Shown one piece after another: positions 38,774 through 48,124 of a stretch of DNA of 64,000 bases. The DNA comes from a virus. The notes under the pieces are model-generated. The model saw only the letters and a list, made by a program, of their open reading frames with translations. It had not been told where the DNA came from and ran no database searches. Numbering within the stretch: position 1 is the first letter of the stretch; every line of letters begins with the position of its first letter. Where the stretch lies: positions 2,647-66,646 of IMG/VR virus record IMGVR_UViG_3300049149_000013. The stretch is one strand, 5' to 3'. Position numbers and translations under genes: made by a program.

Positions 38774-39057
38774 TGGTGCAACCTCTCATCGTCGTCGATC
38801 TCGTCCGGCCTCGACGCCGGAGTTTGTTTGACGACGCTTCGGATTGGTGGATCCCCCGTATCTACCCAGTGCTGGTATTCTTTTTCTGACCAACCGTTGT
38901 CCTTTGCTAACTGCCGGTTTCGCGCTGTATCTCTTACAGGCTCCGCAAGCCCACTCTCGATAACCCTCACTATTCCACGGCCAGTAAACTCGGGAGATAC
39001 TGGCTCCTGCTGCAAGGTCTTCAAGCCAGGTACGTTTCCTTCTCTCGGCTTGTTCAT
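38770..39057 (-). CDS. Hypothetical protein
   Basis: Coupled to the downstream ORF; an alternative frame 38786-39178 overlaps it. Confidence 0.45.
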   Translation of the reverse strand: MNKPREGNVPGLKTLQQEPVSPEFTGRGIVRVIESGLAEPVRDTARNRQLAKDNGWSEKEYQHWVDTGDPPIRSVVKQTPASRPDEIDDDERLHQ

Positions 39058-39174
39058 AATCGAATTTCTTTAGTGGGTATGCTATAATGTCGCGGATTGA
39101 CTGGACAGTTTCGGCGTACTGCTTCTCGTACTTAAAGCGTTTCAAAAACTCATAAGGCCATTCTGGATCAAAGC

Positions 39175-39444
39175 TCATAGCACCCGTTTAGGCGGTACGT
39201 ACTCTACGTGAACCTTATTGTAGTCCTTCTCGCACCGGGGATGAAGAGTTACCGTCTGTTCCACTAAGGAGTAAAAGATGGGTCGGCCCGAAACTTCACC
39301 CTCCTTCTCCTTCATCTTATCCATATTCAAATCAGCCAGCCTCTGAAGCGGGTATAGCAACCCGTTATGGTCCTCTATGACAATGCTCAGGATATCGAAC
39401 AGTTCCGGTACTACGAACTTCACTTGGTCGCGCTTCAACTTCAC
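39175..39444 (-). CDS. Hypothetical protein (adaptor-like GRP..Y motif)
   Basis: SGRPIFYS...LHP...YVP; coupled ORF. Confidence 0.5.
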   Translation of the reverse strand: MKLKRDQVKFVVPELFDILSIVIEDHNGLLYPLQRLADLNMDKMKEKEGEVSGRPIFYSLVEQTVTLHPRCEKDYNKVHVEYVPPKRVL

Positions 39445-39596
39445 AGAGCACCCCGCAGCTTCGATTCAAAATACTTAATGGCATCTTCCAAGACCTTAGC
39501 TTCTTCCTCATCGTATCTATCGACACAACCGCGCTGCTCCCGCAGCGAGACCAAAGCATAACGGATTCCCTCAGGGGTATCGACCCGACGTTTCAT
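39441..39596 (-). CDS. Hypothetical protein
   Basis: Short coupled ORF; start uncertain. Confidence 0.4.
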   Translation of the reverse strand: MKRRVDTPEGIRYALVSLREQRGCVDRYDEEEAKVLEDAIKYFESKLRGAL

Positions 39597-39621
39597 CGCC
39601 TCGATGCCCTGAATCCATTCC

Positions 39622-39993
39622 TTATGAGAACCCAATCTCGCCCTCGATATTAAGAGTGATACCGGTACCACTCCCGACCCCGGTCAGAAAGTCGGTCGAG
39701 TCAAAACGAGCATTACTAAAGTAGACATCCTGAGCTTGATTAGGCGGCAGCGAGTAGGCCGCAAAGCCAAACTCAGTTCCAGCTGCGCTACCTCCGGTCG
39801 CTCCCTTATACAGGGTTAGGGTGATAGCGCCTGCCGTACGGTTCATAGCTCGGATATGCCTGATGAGCATATACGGCTGAGTAGCCGTAATCCCAATCGG
39901 ACCGGTAAGCGCGGTGATCGCACAATTCAATAGATTACCTATCGAATTAGGTACCGCGATGGGTTCTATATTAAGGATCTTATTCGCAGCCAT
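39622..39993 (-). CDS. Small virion structural protein
   Basis: GGAGG RBS before MAANK; beta-rich. Confidence 0.65.
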   Translation of the reverse strand: MAANKILNIEPIAVPNSIGNLLNCAITALTGPIGITATQPYMLIRHIRAMNRTAGAITLTLYKGATGGSAAGTEFGFAAYSLPPNQAQDVYFSNARFDSTDFLTGVGSGTGITLNIEGEIGFS

Positions 39994-40202
39994 AGTAATC
40001 CTCCAAGAAGTGCTAGCCAATAGAGACTCATCGCCCAGGAGCCGGTCCCCGCGTTCCCGGGCAGGGGAAATATAGGAATCAACGAGACGGTTATCGGTAC
40101 GACCGGTGGTCTGATAGAGGATGCCCAAGGGAAAGTAATCTTATCCGGCCCGTATGAGACGAGCGGTGCCGCCATCGCGTTATTTAACGGTAGAAAGGTC
40201 AT
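39966..40202 (-). CDS. Small hydrophobic protein
   Basis: ATGA-coupled to the upstream gene; C-terminal TM-like segment. Confidence 0.4.
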   Translation of the reverse strand: MTFLPLNNAMAAPLVSYGPDKITFPWASSIRPPVVPITVSLIPIFPLPGNAGTGSWAMSLYWLALLGGLLWLRIRSLI

Positions 40203-41413
40203 TGCCACACCAGCAGCATGCAGGCCGCACCACCTGTAAAAGCGGGCGTATAGAGCGATATGAGTGGGTATCCTGTTATACAAGGCACTGCGATATACGT
40301 CAATGAGGTCGATCCAATTATAGTGATGGTTCCGGTAGTACCTATCGAAACCCAATCAGGCCCACCCCCGAGCGCCAGGGCGTTAGTTATCCCGAGGCCC
40401 GGAGTTGTGCTATTTCCTTTCCACTGGAAGCACGGAAACACCTGCGCCGTGGTGCCCATTACACTTGAATAGTTATTGAACGGGATCACCCCCCATACTG
40501 TAGGTGCCCAAGCGCCTGTCGTTCCGTTCGGAGACGTTGTATTAAAACCATTCTGAACCCCTCTGTTATAGTCATAAAATGGTAAGTTTCCTCCAGAGGA
40601 CGTACCACTGGTGGTATTAGCGTTATTGCACAGACAGTGGATAGTATCCGCTGTGGGGGCACCTGTGTTATCCACTGAGCGGTACAAACAGAACCCCAGG
40701 AAAGAAGTCTGCACTCCCGCAGTAACCGAGCCAAATTTAAAACCCATCCACGCTATGCCCTGCGTGGCGTTGTAGCAGAAATAACTCTGGTAGTTTGCGC
40801 CTCCGTTATTTAGGTTTGCGCTGGATCCGTAACCGGCGGCGGATCGAGATATGGTCGTCCCAGTTATGGTGCCAGCGCCGTTGGTTCCTGTGCCACAGGT
40901 TATTAACATCTGCGGCGTAGTGGTGACGTTACCGGAACCCCACTCAAGTTTAAAATATACCGGGCTGGTTGCTTGCAGTGTATCGTTGAACCTGAAAATA
41001 GAGTACCCGTAGAAAGTGGCCGTCGCCCCCGGAACCTTGAATGAAATGGTCATTGACTCCGCCGCAATCGTGCCGGGAGTCGTGCTTAGGTTGTACGTTC
41101 CGGTGCCACCGGTGCCGGTACCGAAGGAAGTGATATACGTGCCCGCTGCTATACCAGCCCCGACGACCTGCATGCCGACGCAGATGTTATTACCGCCGCT
41201 CGTAACGCTATTGACAGTTAGAACACTAGTGGCTGTCTGTGCGTTCACCACAACCGAAGCGTTGTAGTTTGAAGTCGTGATCGAGCCGGTATCGTTAACC
41301 TGCGTCAACCCAATAGCATTGAGCCCGGTCAGAATCTCATTGATATAGTTCTGCACACCAGCGTCGGTGTTCGTTACCCAAGGCTGGTTCGTGGAGGAAG
41401 TCGTCATGGTCAA
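40199..41413 (-). CDS. Thr/Gly-rich fibre/spike-like structural protein
   Basis: GAGIAAGTYITSFGTGTGGTGTYNLS repeat type. Confidence 0.65.
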   Translation of the reverse strand: MTMTTSSTNQPWVTNTDAGVQNYINEILTGLNAIGLTQVNDTGSITTSNYNASVVVNAQTATSVLTVNSVTSGGNNICVGMQVVGAGIAAGTYITSFGTGTGGTGTYNLSTTPGTIAAESMTISFKVPGATATFYGYSIFRFNDTLQATSPVYFKLEWGSGNVTTTPQMLITCGTGTNGAGTITGTTISRSAAGYGSSANLNNGGANYQSYFCYNATQGIAWMGFKFGSVTAGVQTSFLGFCLYRSVDNTGAPTADTIHCLCNNANTTSGTSSGGNLPFYDYNRGVQNGFNTTSPNGTTGAWAPTVWGVIPFNNYSSVMGTTAQVFPCFQWKGNSTTPGLGITNALALGGGPDWVSIGTTGTITIIGSTSLTYIAVPCITGYPLISLYTPAFTGGAACMLLVWQ

Positions 41414-42630
41414 TTACCTATCGCGATATAATACCCGGTACCGGCTAGGATACCACCGGTTGAGTTCGTAGCAGTGAAGCCGCTGGTCGTCACCGAATCT
41501 GCTCCGAAGGGGTAGCCATAGCTGGTCGAGTCGCCCTGAGACGGGACTACTGACCAGACGTGGTTCGGGAATGTCAGAGGGAAGGTCACAGAGGTACTGC
41601 CAGCAGACGGTAGTACGAACTGCCCCCACTGGATAATCAAGCCGCTCGGAAAAATCTGATAGCCGTTAGTGCCCAGAGACTGCGACCAGTTATTATTGGT
41701 AGCCCCCTGGGTACTCGCGGTAATGACTCCCGCCCCGCCGCCAAAGGATACGTTACCAGCATTCGACATCGCCGCCTTGACCGCCGATACTGCCTGCGCG
41801 TCGCTATAGCTGCCCGCCCAGTTCGGTGCGCCAGTGCGCTTCATGGTAACGTTAATAATAATCTCAGTAAAGAAGCTACTACTTACCAGATGGAAGTTCA
41901 GTACGTTGCCCGCTGGGATATAGATAGTCCATCCGGCCAGCGCACTATTATCGTAGGTCAGTGACGAGCTGATCGCCGGGAAAACGCCACCGGTAATCGT
42001 CGTAAAGGTCCCGTATGATCCAATAGGCGCAGTCTGTACATCGACCGAGCATGAGCCGGTCCCGCCCTTCGTCATAATGGTGCAGCGGGTGATCTGAACA
42101 TCTTCGGGAATGATGACCGCTACATCGGTCATCTGGTTCTGCTGGATAGCGGCATTGCCGCCGCTCCAGGTCGCGCCCCGTACCTGAACGACCGAGCTGG
42201 AATCTTTTCCGGGTGGCCCTATCTCGCCATCCGCACCATCCTCAGGAGGGAGAGCGAAGCCCGGTACCCCTTGAGGTCCCGTATAACCCTGAACGCCGGC
42301 CACGCCAGGCGGACCCGGTTCGCCATCTATGCCATCCTCTCCCGGTATCCCGGGTACGCCTTGACCCGTAGCCCCGGTTAGTCCCTGGGGTCCCTGAGCA
42401 CCTGGCGGTCCCGGCTCGCCGTCCAGACCATCCTCGCCCGCAACACCCTGAACGCCCGCCGCCCCGGGTGGGCCGACGATGCTGGTCTGCATGGTCGAGA
42501 GCGGAGCGGATACCGTCGTCGGTGGTGTGCCCTGATCCATTGCCACCAGCTCGGCACCGGTCAACGGCCCCGCTGGCGGCAGCTTTGAGATCGGCGTGCC
42601 GCCTGGCCCCCCTACCTGGGTCGTCGGCAT
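41410..42630 (-). CDS. Collagen-repeat tail fibre with a gp53-like C-terminal domain
   Basis: ISKLP fibre start, G-X-Y tract, NGYQIFPSGLIIQWG...VTFPLTFPN...YYIAIG. Confidence 0.85.
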   Translation of the reverse strand: MPTTQVGGPGGTPISKLPPAGPLTGAELVAMDQGTPPTTVSAPLSTMQTSIVGPPGAAGVQGVAGEDGLDGEPGPPGAQGPQGLTGATGQGVPGIPGEDGIDGEPGPPGVAGVQGYTGPQGVPGFALPPEDGADGEIGPPGKDSSSVVQVRGATWSGGNAAIQQNQMTDVAVIIPEDVQITRCTIMTKGGTGSCSVDVQTAPIGSYGTFTTITGGVFPAISSSLTYDNSALAGWTIYIPAGNVLNFHLVSSSFFTEIIINVTMKRTGAPNWAGSYSDAQAVSAVKAAMSNAGNVSFGGGAGVITASTQGATNNNWSQSLGTNGYQIFPSGLIIQWGQFVLPSAGSTSVTFPLTFPNHVWSVVPSQGDSTSYGYPFGADSVTTSGFTATNSTGGILAGTGYYIAIGN

Positions 42631-42905
42631 TAATGGCTCCGGTACATCCGCTGATGACTGAGAGCTAAGAGTTCATCCACCTTCTGCTCGACGCTGCGGT
42701 GATCGCGCTCCAGGGCATTCATGCGGGAATCGAGCAGCTGGAAGCGCCGCTCGTTATCTGCCTTGATCGCCGCATCCCTCTCATTGAGCGCCTGGATGGT
42801 AATGTTCTGACACAGCTGCTCCAGGTCGCTTTTCTGACTCTTCGTCAAGTTAAGGCTGCAACCGCTACTGGCGACCACGACCGACATAATAATAAACCAT
42901 TTCAT
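42630..42905 (-). CDS. Lipoprotein with a coiled coil
   Basis: Lipobox-like SSGC after a hydrophobic stretch. Confidence 0.55.
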   Translation of the reverse strand: MKWFIIMSVVVASSGCSLNLTKSQKSDLEQLCQNITIQALNERDAAIKADNERRFQLLDSRMNALERDHRSVEQKVDELLALSHQRMYRSH

Positions 42906-43225
42906 GTGCCTCCCTTACAGTTCTTGGGAAATGATTCATGCACGGCCTTCCAGAAAGCATTGGCTGCCAGCTGGGGATCTCCCGGCGTAGTCACGGTGCC
43001 GTCGCGCAGACTGATAACCGCCAAGCGCTCGCCCTTATTCCCATACAAAGTTATATGATCGCTGCCGGGGGGTATCTCGCCCAGTGCGCCCGCAGCCCCC
43101 ACCTTAAGTTGATCAGCAGGAGTAATTGGCGCTTTGGTAACCGGATGACCTGCCAGCAGTGCGGTACCCACAATAGCCAGCGGAGTGCCGATGCCCAGTA
43201 CCTTGGCCTTGGTATCTTCGTTCAT
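42902..43225 (-). CDS. Membrane-anchored hypothetical protein
   Basis: N-terminal TM segment; coupled ORF. Confidence 0.55.
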   Translation of the reverse strand: MNEDTKAKVLGIGTPLAIVGTALLAGHPVTKAPITPADQLKVGAAGALGEIPPGSDHITLYGNKGERLAVISLRDGTVTTPGDPQLAANAFWKAVHESFPKNCKGGT

Positions 43226-43527
43226 GCAGCCCTCCGATGGGAATGGGGATGAGGATGGGGATGGGAGTGGGTCCGCAGCGGTGCGTGACTAAAGAAGTGA
43301 TTAGCAGGGTAGGTGCGGACTCTGGCTGCCCGTATCGCCACGCCCCATCGATCGATCACATAGGCGCGTGCTGGCTGAGCATCGGCATCGATCTCATCCT
43401 GGAGCTTGTCGCAGTAGGCATACGCAGTCGAGCGCTGCGTGAAATTAACCTGAATGGTCGCCCGGAATCCGATTTTGGGGAAGCAGGTAATGGCGACTAC
43501 GCTGAAGTGCCCGCTTTCGTCCTGCAT
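43222..43527 (-). CDS. Hypothetical protein with an HP repeat tail
   Basis: Starts 3 nt downstream of TerS and overlaps the next gene. Confidence 0.55.
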   Translation of the reverse strand: MQDESGHFSVVAITCFPKIGFRATIQVNFTQRSTAYAYCDKLQDEIDADAQPARAYVIDRWGVAIRAARVRTYPANHFFSHAPLRTHSHPHPHPHSHRRAA

Positions 43528-43530
43528 GGT

Positions 43531-44127
43531 TCATGCCTCCTCCCCGGCGGGCGTGACATTCTCGCGAGCCTTCTCCTCTGCCCGTGATTTCTCCTTCTCC
43601 TGATCGGGCTTGCTGGCCACGATAGCTAAGATCGCATCAATGACCTCGTTCCGGCCATCTACCTTGATCGCCCCGTCCTTCCCAACTCCCGCCACGGTCA
43701 GCCTATCACTGCCGGGCCATTCATCCTTCTTCCTGCTGGCGAGCCAATGTTTCTGAGCCAGGAAAACTCCCGGCATATGTCTCTTAACCTTCAACACGGT
43801 CGGTGATTTCCCGCCCACTGCCTGTTCTTCGATGTAATCGTATCCGCATGCCCCTTTGAACATTGAATGGAGCACCGCGGCATCAGCCAACGTCCTGCCA
43901 TGCTCAATCGCGGCATCCAGACCGGGGTAATACTTCCGCCATTTCTTCAGGGTTTCGGGTCCGAGCCCATAAACCAGCTCGATCTCCTCGTCGGTCGCCC
44001 CCCTCATGGCGATTAACCGAACAAGTGTCTCATGGTCCGGTAGGTATACCCCATTGGGCTGGGGACTCGGTACGTCCCTAGGGGGTGGGGACGGTCTCTT
44101 GCGGCGTGCCACGCGGATTCTGCGCAT
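43531..44127 (-). CDS. terS: Terminase small subunit
   Basis: HTH (GATDEEI...TLKKW..YP), ADAAV..S.FK.ACGY, WLASR..DEW and GKDGAI. Confidence 0.8.
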   Translation of the reverse strand: MRRIRVARRKRPSPPPRDVPSPQPNGVYLPDHETLVRLIAMRGATDEEIELVYGLGPETLKKWRKYYPGLDAAIEHGRTLADAAVLHSMFKGACGYDYIEEQAVGGKSPTVLKVKRHMPGVFLAQKHWLASRKKDEWPGSDRLTVAGVGKDGAIKVDGRNEVIDAILAIVASKPDQEKEKSRAEEKARENVTPAGEEA

Positions 44128-44135
44128 GGACGCAC

Positions 44136-44165
44136 AGTATACGGGCGTAGCCTCCGGCTATGCAA
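44136..44165 (-). promoter_or_regulatory. sigma70-like promoter just upstream of terS (possibly leaderless)
   Basis: TTGCAT-N18-TATACT ending 8 nt before the ATG. Confidence 0.45.
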
Positions 44166-44207
44166 TCTGACAGGGTTTCTAACGGGTTTGGGGTCGGGTG
44201 GGTGTGC

Positions 44208-44411
44208 TTACTGAATAACTTCCATCTTCTGGCAGGTATGAGGCCAGGTCGCCCCTTTACTGGCTGCCATATGATAGAACGCCTCGCAATCCTCGATCTT
44301 GGCAAAAACCCCACCAACCGGCGGTTGACCCGCTCCTACCGTGTTCGGCTGAGGATACGGCACCCCTAGAAAAATCAGCAGATAAACGAACTTGGCGCAT
44401 ACCACTTGCAT
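44208..44411 (-). CDS. Small secreted-type protein
   Basis: AAGGAGAGG RBS; hydrophobic N-terminus; C-x-C pair. Confidence 0.5.
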   Translation of the reverse strand: MQVVCAKFVYLLIFLGVPYPQPNTVGAGQPPVGGVFAKIEDCEAFYHMAASKGATWPHTCQKMEVIQ

Positions 44412-44501
44412 GTTCCTCTCCTTCGTGCTGGTCAAAAAATGCCCCTCGCCACTCCCGCCCTTCGTTGGTTGACCGGAGCTTAAAGGGGCTGCTCTATGCT
44501 T

Positions 44502-44870
44502 CTAGGGGGTAATACCGGGAGGCTTGGCCTTATCCCCTTGGGATGCGGAGCTAGTTGGCACGACAACGATCATAGTCCCTACTATTTTGTGCACGCTCCT
44601 TATGAGCCTGGATGCCGTCTCGTTAAACGGCAGATCCTTCAATAATCCCTCCTCGTCCACATAGGCTATGCAGAGCTGGGTCCCGTGCCTTACGAGTGCG
44701 GGTACCTGCTCCAGCCAGCCGTTATTGATATGTTTACGTAATTCCTCGTCCGTTGGCTCCCAGCCCTCATAGTCCTCGTAATAGCTGGCCCCTTTAGCAG
44801 GGATGATAAGGAGCCTCCCCCCTATACCACCCTTTTTTCTATGGGGACCGGTAATGTCGCCGTTGACCAT
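44502..44870 (-). CDS. DUF3846-like protein
   Basis: GWLEQV...YVDEEGLLKDLPFNETA...IVG. Confidence 0.7.
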   Translation of the reverse strand: MVNGDITGPHRKKGGIGGRLLIIPAKGASYYEDYEGWEPTDEELRKHINNGWLEQVPALVRHGTQLCIAYVDEEGLLKDLPFNETASRLIRSVHKIVGTMIVVVPTSSASQGDKAKPPGITP

Positions 44871-45084
44871 ATAGTGCCCCCCTGCGGCTTTGCGCCCCGA
44901 AACTATACGCCGGGATTGAAGCTCGTGTCGAGTTATTTTGTCATTTAACTGAACTTGGCTTTAAATACTATGTATAGCGGATCGCGAGGGGCTAAGTGCG
45001 GTCACGATGGGGGGGTGTGATTTTTCGGGTGGCCCGGGGTCCCGGCCATCGTCATTTCACTTATCGACTTTACATATCACAGCA

Positions 45085-45101
45085 TGCAAGTCTCATGCCA
45101 G
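45085..45101 (-). promoter_or_regulatory. sigma54-type -24/-12 promoter facing the late arm
   Basis: CTGGCATGAGACTTGCA = TGGCAYG-N4-TTGCW with exact GG-N10-GC spacing. Confidence 0.55.
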
Positions 45102-45630
45102 CTCCTGCACCGCATTACAACGCCTAGGACGGCGCTGGTGCCGATAACGCGCCGACCCGCCACTACCCAGCGCTCCAAAGCCAGCGAGCCAGCACGAGCC
45201 GCGTACAGCGCCCGGGAACCACAGGGGAGAGCATTTCGCAGACACTTAACACTTCCAGTTACACTCCTCGTACACCACCAAATCATGCCAAAACCAATTT
45301 AACCTATTCGCAGAATAAGTATTATTGGCTCGTAAGTATCTAATCTATATAGAGTTATAGTTTAACATATTATTAAATAATAAAAACGTCTACGTATACT
45401 ACTTATTATCACGCGCGAGCAAACCAGTTTCACTTATCATCTCATTTACCATATCATTTTTACCTATCTCTTTACCGCACAAAATAAATAATGCTGCGTT
45501 GCGATTTCCCCTGCTAATTCAGGCACTTAGAGAGACTAAACGGCTTTTTTACATATTGCCAGTATTGCGTTTTCCTTAACATAATCCTAGACTTGCGCTG
45601 CGTTATTTAAATTATTGCTCGCAGGAGTCA

Positions 45631-46083
45631 ATGCTAATGCGCCAGACAGCTCGCATTTCACTTATCATCGACGCGAACAAGCCACTTAACATATATCTCG
45701 ACTCCCACGGCGACCCGAGCACCGTGCGTGATGTGTTAAATAAGGCAGTACGCGGCCATAGGCGCGACGTTTCACTTAATCCCGAGCGCATCTACTGGCG
45801 ATTCGTATATAACATAATACGCCGCACCGAATCACTTTACATAAGACCGAGGCTCTACGACTGGCGGTACGAATTTAACTTAATATCCAATCCACCGCGC
45901 GTGCATTATGTGAAAGGCACGCTAAGTGAAACGCTGCCGCTCTTTCGCTGGCTAAGCGTACCTCGGGCAAAAACCATGCCAATTAAGCCCGTTAAGCCAA
46001 AAAAATCCATTTCACTTAAGCGGCGCGGTCGGCCGTCCATATTTAGTGAAATGCAGGAACCACTGCCCGACGAGCTTAAATAA
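45631..46083 (+). CDS. Basic hypothetical protein (AT-hook-like RRGRP)
   Basis: AGGAG RBS; first gene of the plus arm. Confidence 0.55.
   Translation: MLMRQTARISLIIDANKPLNIYLDSHGDPSTVRDVLNKAVRGHRRDVSLNPERIYWRFVYNIIRRTESLYIRPRLYDWRYEFNLISNPPRVHYVKGTLSETLPLFRWLSVPRAKTMPIKPVKPKKSISLKRRGRPSIFSEMQEPLPDELK
45967..45982 (-). promoter_or_regulatory. Second sigma54-type element
   Basis: TTGGCATGGTTTTTGC with GG-N10-GC spacing. Confidence 0.4.
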
Positions 46084-46481
46084 GTGAAATGGCACGATTT
46101 TTCAGGGGATTAAGTTAAGCCAGATTTAACAATAACTGGCTGCATATAAGGCCCAAGGCAGGCAGATCGGCAGGCAGGCAATACCTACGCCTAGGGTACC
46201 TTTCACGCGGAACCTAGCGCTTCCTATTGCGTTGGAACCAGATTAAGTTAATTGGCACGATTCTTCAAGCGATTATTGTTAAATGAAATAGTGCTTGCAA
46301 GTCCAATCAGAGTATGCTATTCGCGCGCACGTTTCCTTGATTTTCGAGCCGCAAGGCCAGGTTAAGTTAAACTGAAATATTTTCGCTGATATTGTTAAAT
46401 CGGCTACCTATTCCCTAGGATGCGCGTAGATTCAAGCTCGAAGGCAGGGCAAACCGCCCGCCAAAACAGGAAGTAGCGAAA

Positions 46482-46796
46482 ATGCAGAAAGTCAAGAAAA
46501 TCCAGAAGGCCGCAAAGGCCGCTCCCGCCGCGAAGGCTGTCGCCGTAGCGGTTCCCGCAAAGGCCGCGAAGGCCGCACCGACCCAGGCCAGCGACGGTAT
46601 CGTGCTGAAGGTCGCGTTCAAGGATCTGGACGCGGAGGGTCTTAAGACTCTGCGCCGCCACCTGCGCCGTGCGTTGCGCGACAAGGATGCGCCCCAGTTC
46701 CGGTTCCACAAGCTCGGCACGCGCTGGGTTTTCCCGACCGCTCGCGACGTGCAGGTGGCCCGCGAGATCCGCAAGGGGGTGCCGAGCCTCCAGTAA
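46482..46796 (+). CDS. Ala/Lys-rich small basic protein
   Basis: Histone-like AKAAPA N-terminus; followed by a terminator. Confidence 0.7.
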   Translation: MQKVKKIQKAAKAAPAAKAVAVAVPAKAAKAAPTQASDGIVLKVAFKDLDAEGLKTLRRHLRRALRDKDAPQFRFHKLGTRWVFPTARDVQVAREIRKGVPSLQ

Positions 46797-46818
46797 CAAT
46801 AAGTAAAATCCAACCTTC

Positions 46819-46845
46819 GGGGGGGCGTTCAGCCCCCTCTTTTTT
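46819..46845 (+). terminator. Rho-independent terminator
   Basis: GGGGGC-GTTCA-GCCCCC followed by TCTTTTTT. Confidence 0.8.
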
Positions 46846-47038
46846 ACCTGTTGCAGTTAACTTATTCTGCCGATTCTAAGCCTCTCTAGGACCAGCAAAA
46901 GGGGGTCGCTACCCTCCTACCGGCCCCCCTAGTGAGTCGGCGCAGCGAGGCTTGGATTGCGGCTAATGCGATTGGCGGAAATAGGCTAGACTAGGACTGC
47001 CGACGACGCTCTTTAACATAACCGGGAGTTAACATATC

Positions 47039-47437
47039 ATGCCTAAGAAGGTGCTGAGTGCAGCGGCTGTGGCTGCTATCGATAAGGCTGAGGCAACGCG
47101 CGAGAAGGCCGAGGACCTGGTTGAGCTGGCAACGCGCGTACGCGCCTGGGGTGACGCGGACGATTGCGACAAAGTCTGCGAGTACGGTCAGCTACTCATA
47201 GACCAGATCGCGAGCCTGCTCTCCATACCAGAAGCGCGTAAGCACGCGATCAACTCAAAGGTGCTCGATGAGATCTGGCACGAGATGACGGACGACGAAG
47301 TCAAAGGCCAGGAGCAAGTCAAATCGCGACTAGCCAACAGGCGCAAGCGTTTCAAATCGCGGACACAGGCTCGCTCGCGACTTGACCGGGATTGGCAGGG
47401 ATTTATCAAAGAGGCCAAGAAGGCCGCAGGAAAATAA
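47039..47437 (+). CDS. Early hypothetical protein
   Basis: GGGAG RBS; downstream terminator. Confidence 0.7.
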   Translation: MPKKVLSAAAVAAIDKAEATREKAEDLVELATRVRAWGDADDCDKVCEYGQLLIDQIASLLSIPEARKHAINSKVLDEIWHEMTDDEVKGQEQVKSRLANRRKRFKSRTQARSRLDRDWQGFIKEAKKAAGK

Positions 47438-47445
47438 GTAAAATC

Positions 47446-47470
47446 GGCCGGGACTCACACCGGCCTTTTT
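47446..47470 (+). terminator. Rho-independent terminator
   Basis: GGCCGG...CCGGCC followed by TTTTT. Confidence 0.75.
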
Positions 47471-47544
47471 CCTTCACCTCTCTGCCTGACAAATCTTGTA
47501 GACTTTGACTGATTTTTATGCTAGTGCTGCCCTGACAAAACTAC

Positions 47545-47571
47545 TTGCCACTGGCCGCAGCGTGCTATAAT
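47545..47571 (+). promoter_or_regulatory. sigma70-like early promoter
   Basis: TTGCCA plus extended -10 TGCTATAAT (15-nt spacer). Confidence 0.5.
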
Positions 47572-47616
47572 GCGCGTGCGTTACGTTTCTCTACCGGCAA
47601 AGCAGGAGCAGCCAAC

Positions 47617-48027
47617 ATGCAGATTATCCAGAGACGAAACATCCAGTGGATCACCGAGTACGAGTTCCAGTATCTGCGGCCAGATACCAGCGGCTACTCG
47701 TTTCCATGCAGTGCAGACGGAATCATAGACGAGGCCGCACTTCAGCCCGAGGGACGCGCGAGCCTTGCACTCTGCCGCGCAGGCACGGATCCAGAGCTCA
47801 GGGAGTACGGGGTCAAGTCATACGAGCGCAAACTGGTTAGCCCGACAATCGGTCGCTGCGACTGCGGCTGCGAGCTGATGCTGGAGGGCTTTACCAACGA
47901 ATGCGCGTGCGGACGGTTCTACAACTCGGCAGGCCAGGGGCTAACCCACCCGCGCTTCTGGGGCGAGGAGACCGGCGAGCGCTTCGACGATCACGGCAAT
48001 TACATCGGGGGAGGATATGACGATTAG
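47617..48027 (+). CDS. Zn-ribbon early protein
   Basis: CDCG...CACGR.YN..GQ.L...WGEETGE; AGGAG RBS. Confidence 0.7.
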   Translation: MQIIQRRNIQWITEYEFQYLRPDTSGYSFPCSADGIIDEAALQPEGRASLALCRAGTDPELREYGVKSYERKLVSPTIGRCDCGCELMLEGFTNECACGRFYNSAGQGLTHPRFWGEETGERFDDHGNYIGGGYDD

Positions 48028-48124
48028 TGAGGAGTTCGTCTGCACGCGCTTTCTCGCGACGTGCCGCGATCCCAAGACATGCCATATATGCCGACAACCA
48101 AAAGCACGACACCAGGAGAATAAC

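Larger units (their letters stand above)
45055..46089. repeat. Dispersed TTTCACTTA / TAAGTGAAA boxes
   Basis: Exact copies at 45055, 45428, 45656, 45770 and 46010 (forward) and 45923, 46081 (reverse); one-mismatch copy at 46043. Confidence 0.85.

Noticed and set aside
4105-44081. Many plus-strand ORFs across the late arm
   Set aside because: They are antisense shadows of well-supported, translationally coupled minus-strand genes.
45055-46089. Possible CRISPR array or tandem repeat
   Set aside because: The repeats are only 9-13 bp, irregularly spaced and in both orientations.
45362-46130. Two TTAA-N7-TTAA matches (45362, 46115) resembling CtrA boxes
   Set aside because: The region is rich in TTAA, so chance matches are likely, and CsrA argues against an alphaproteobacterial host.
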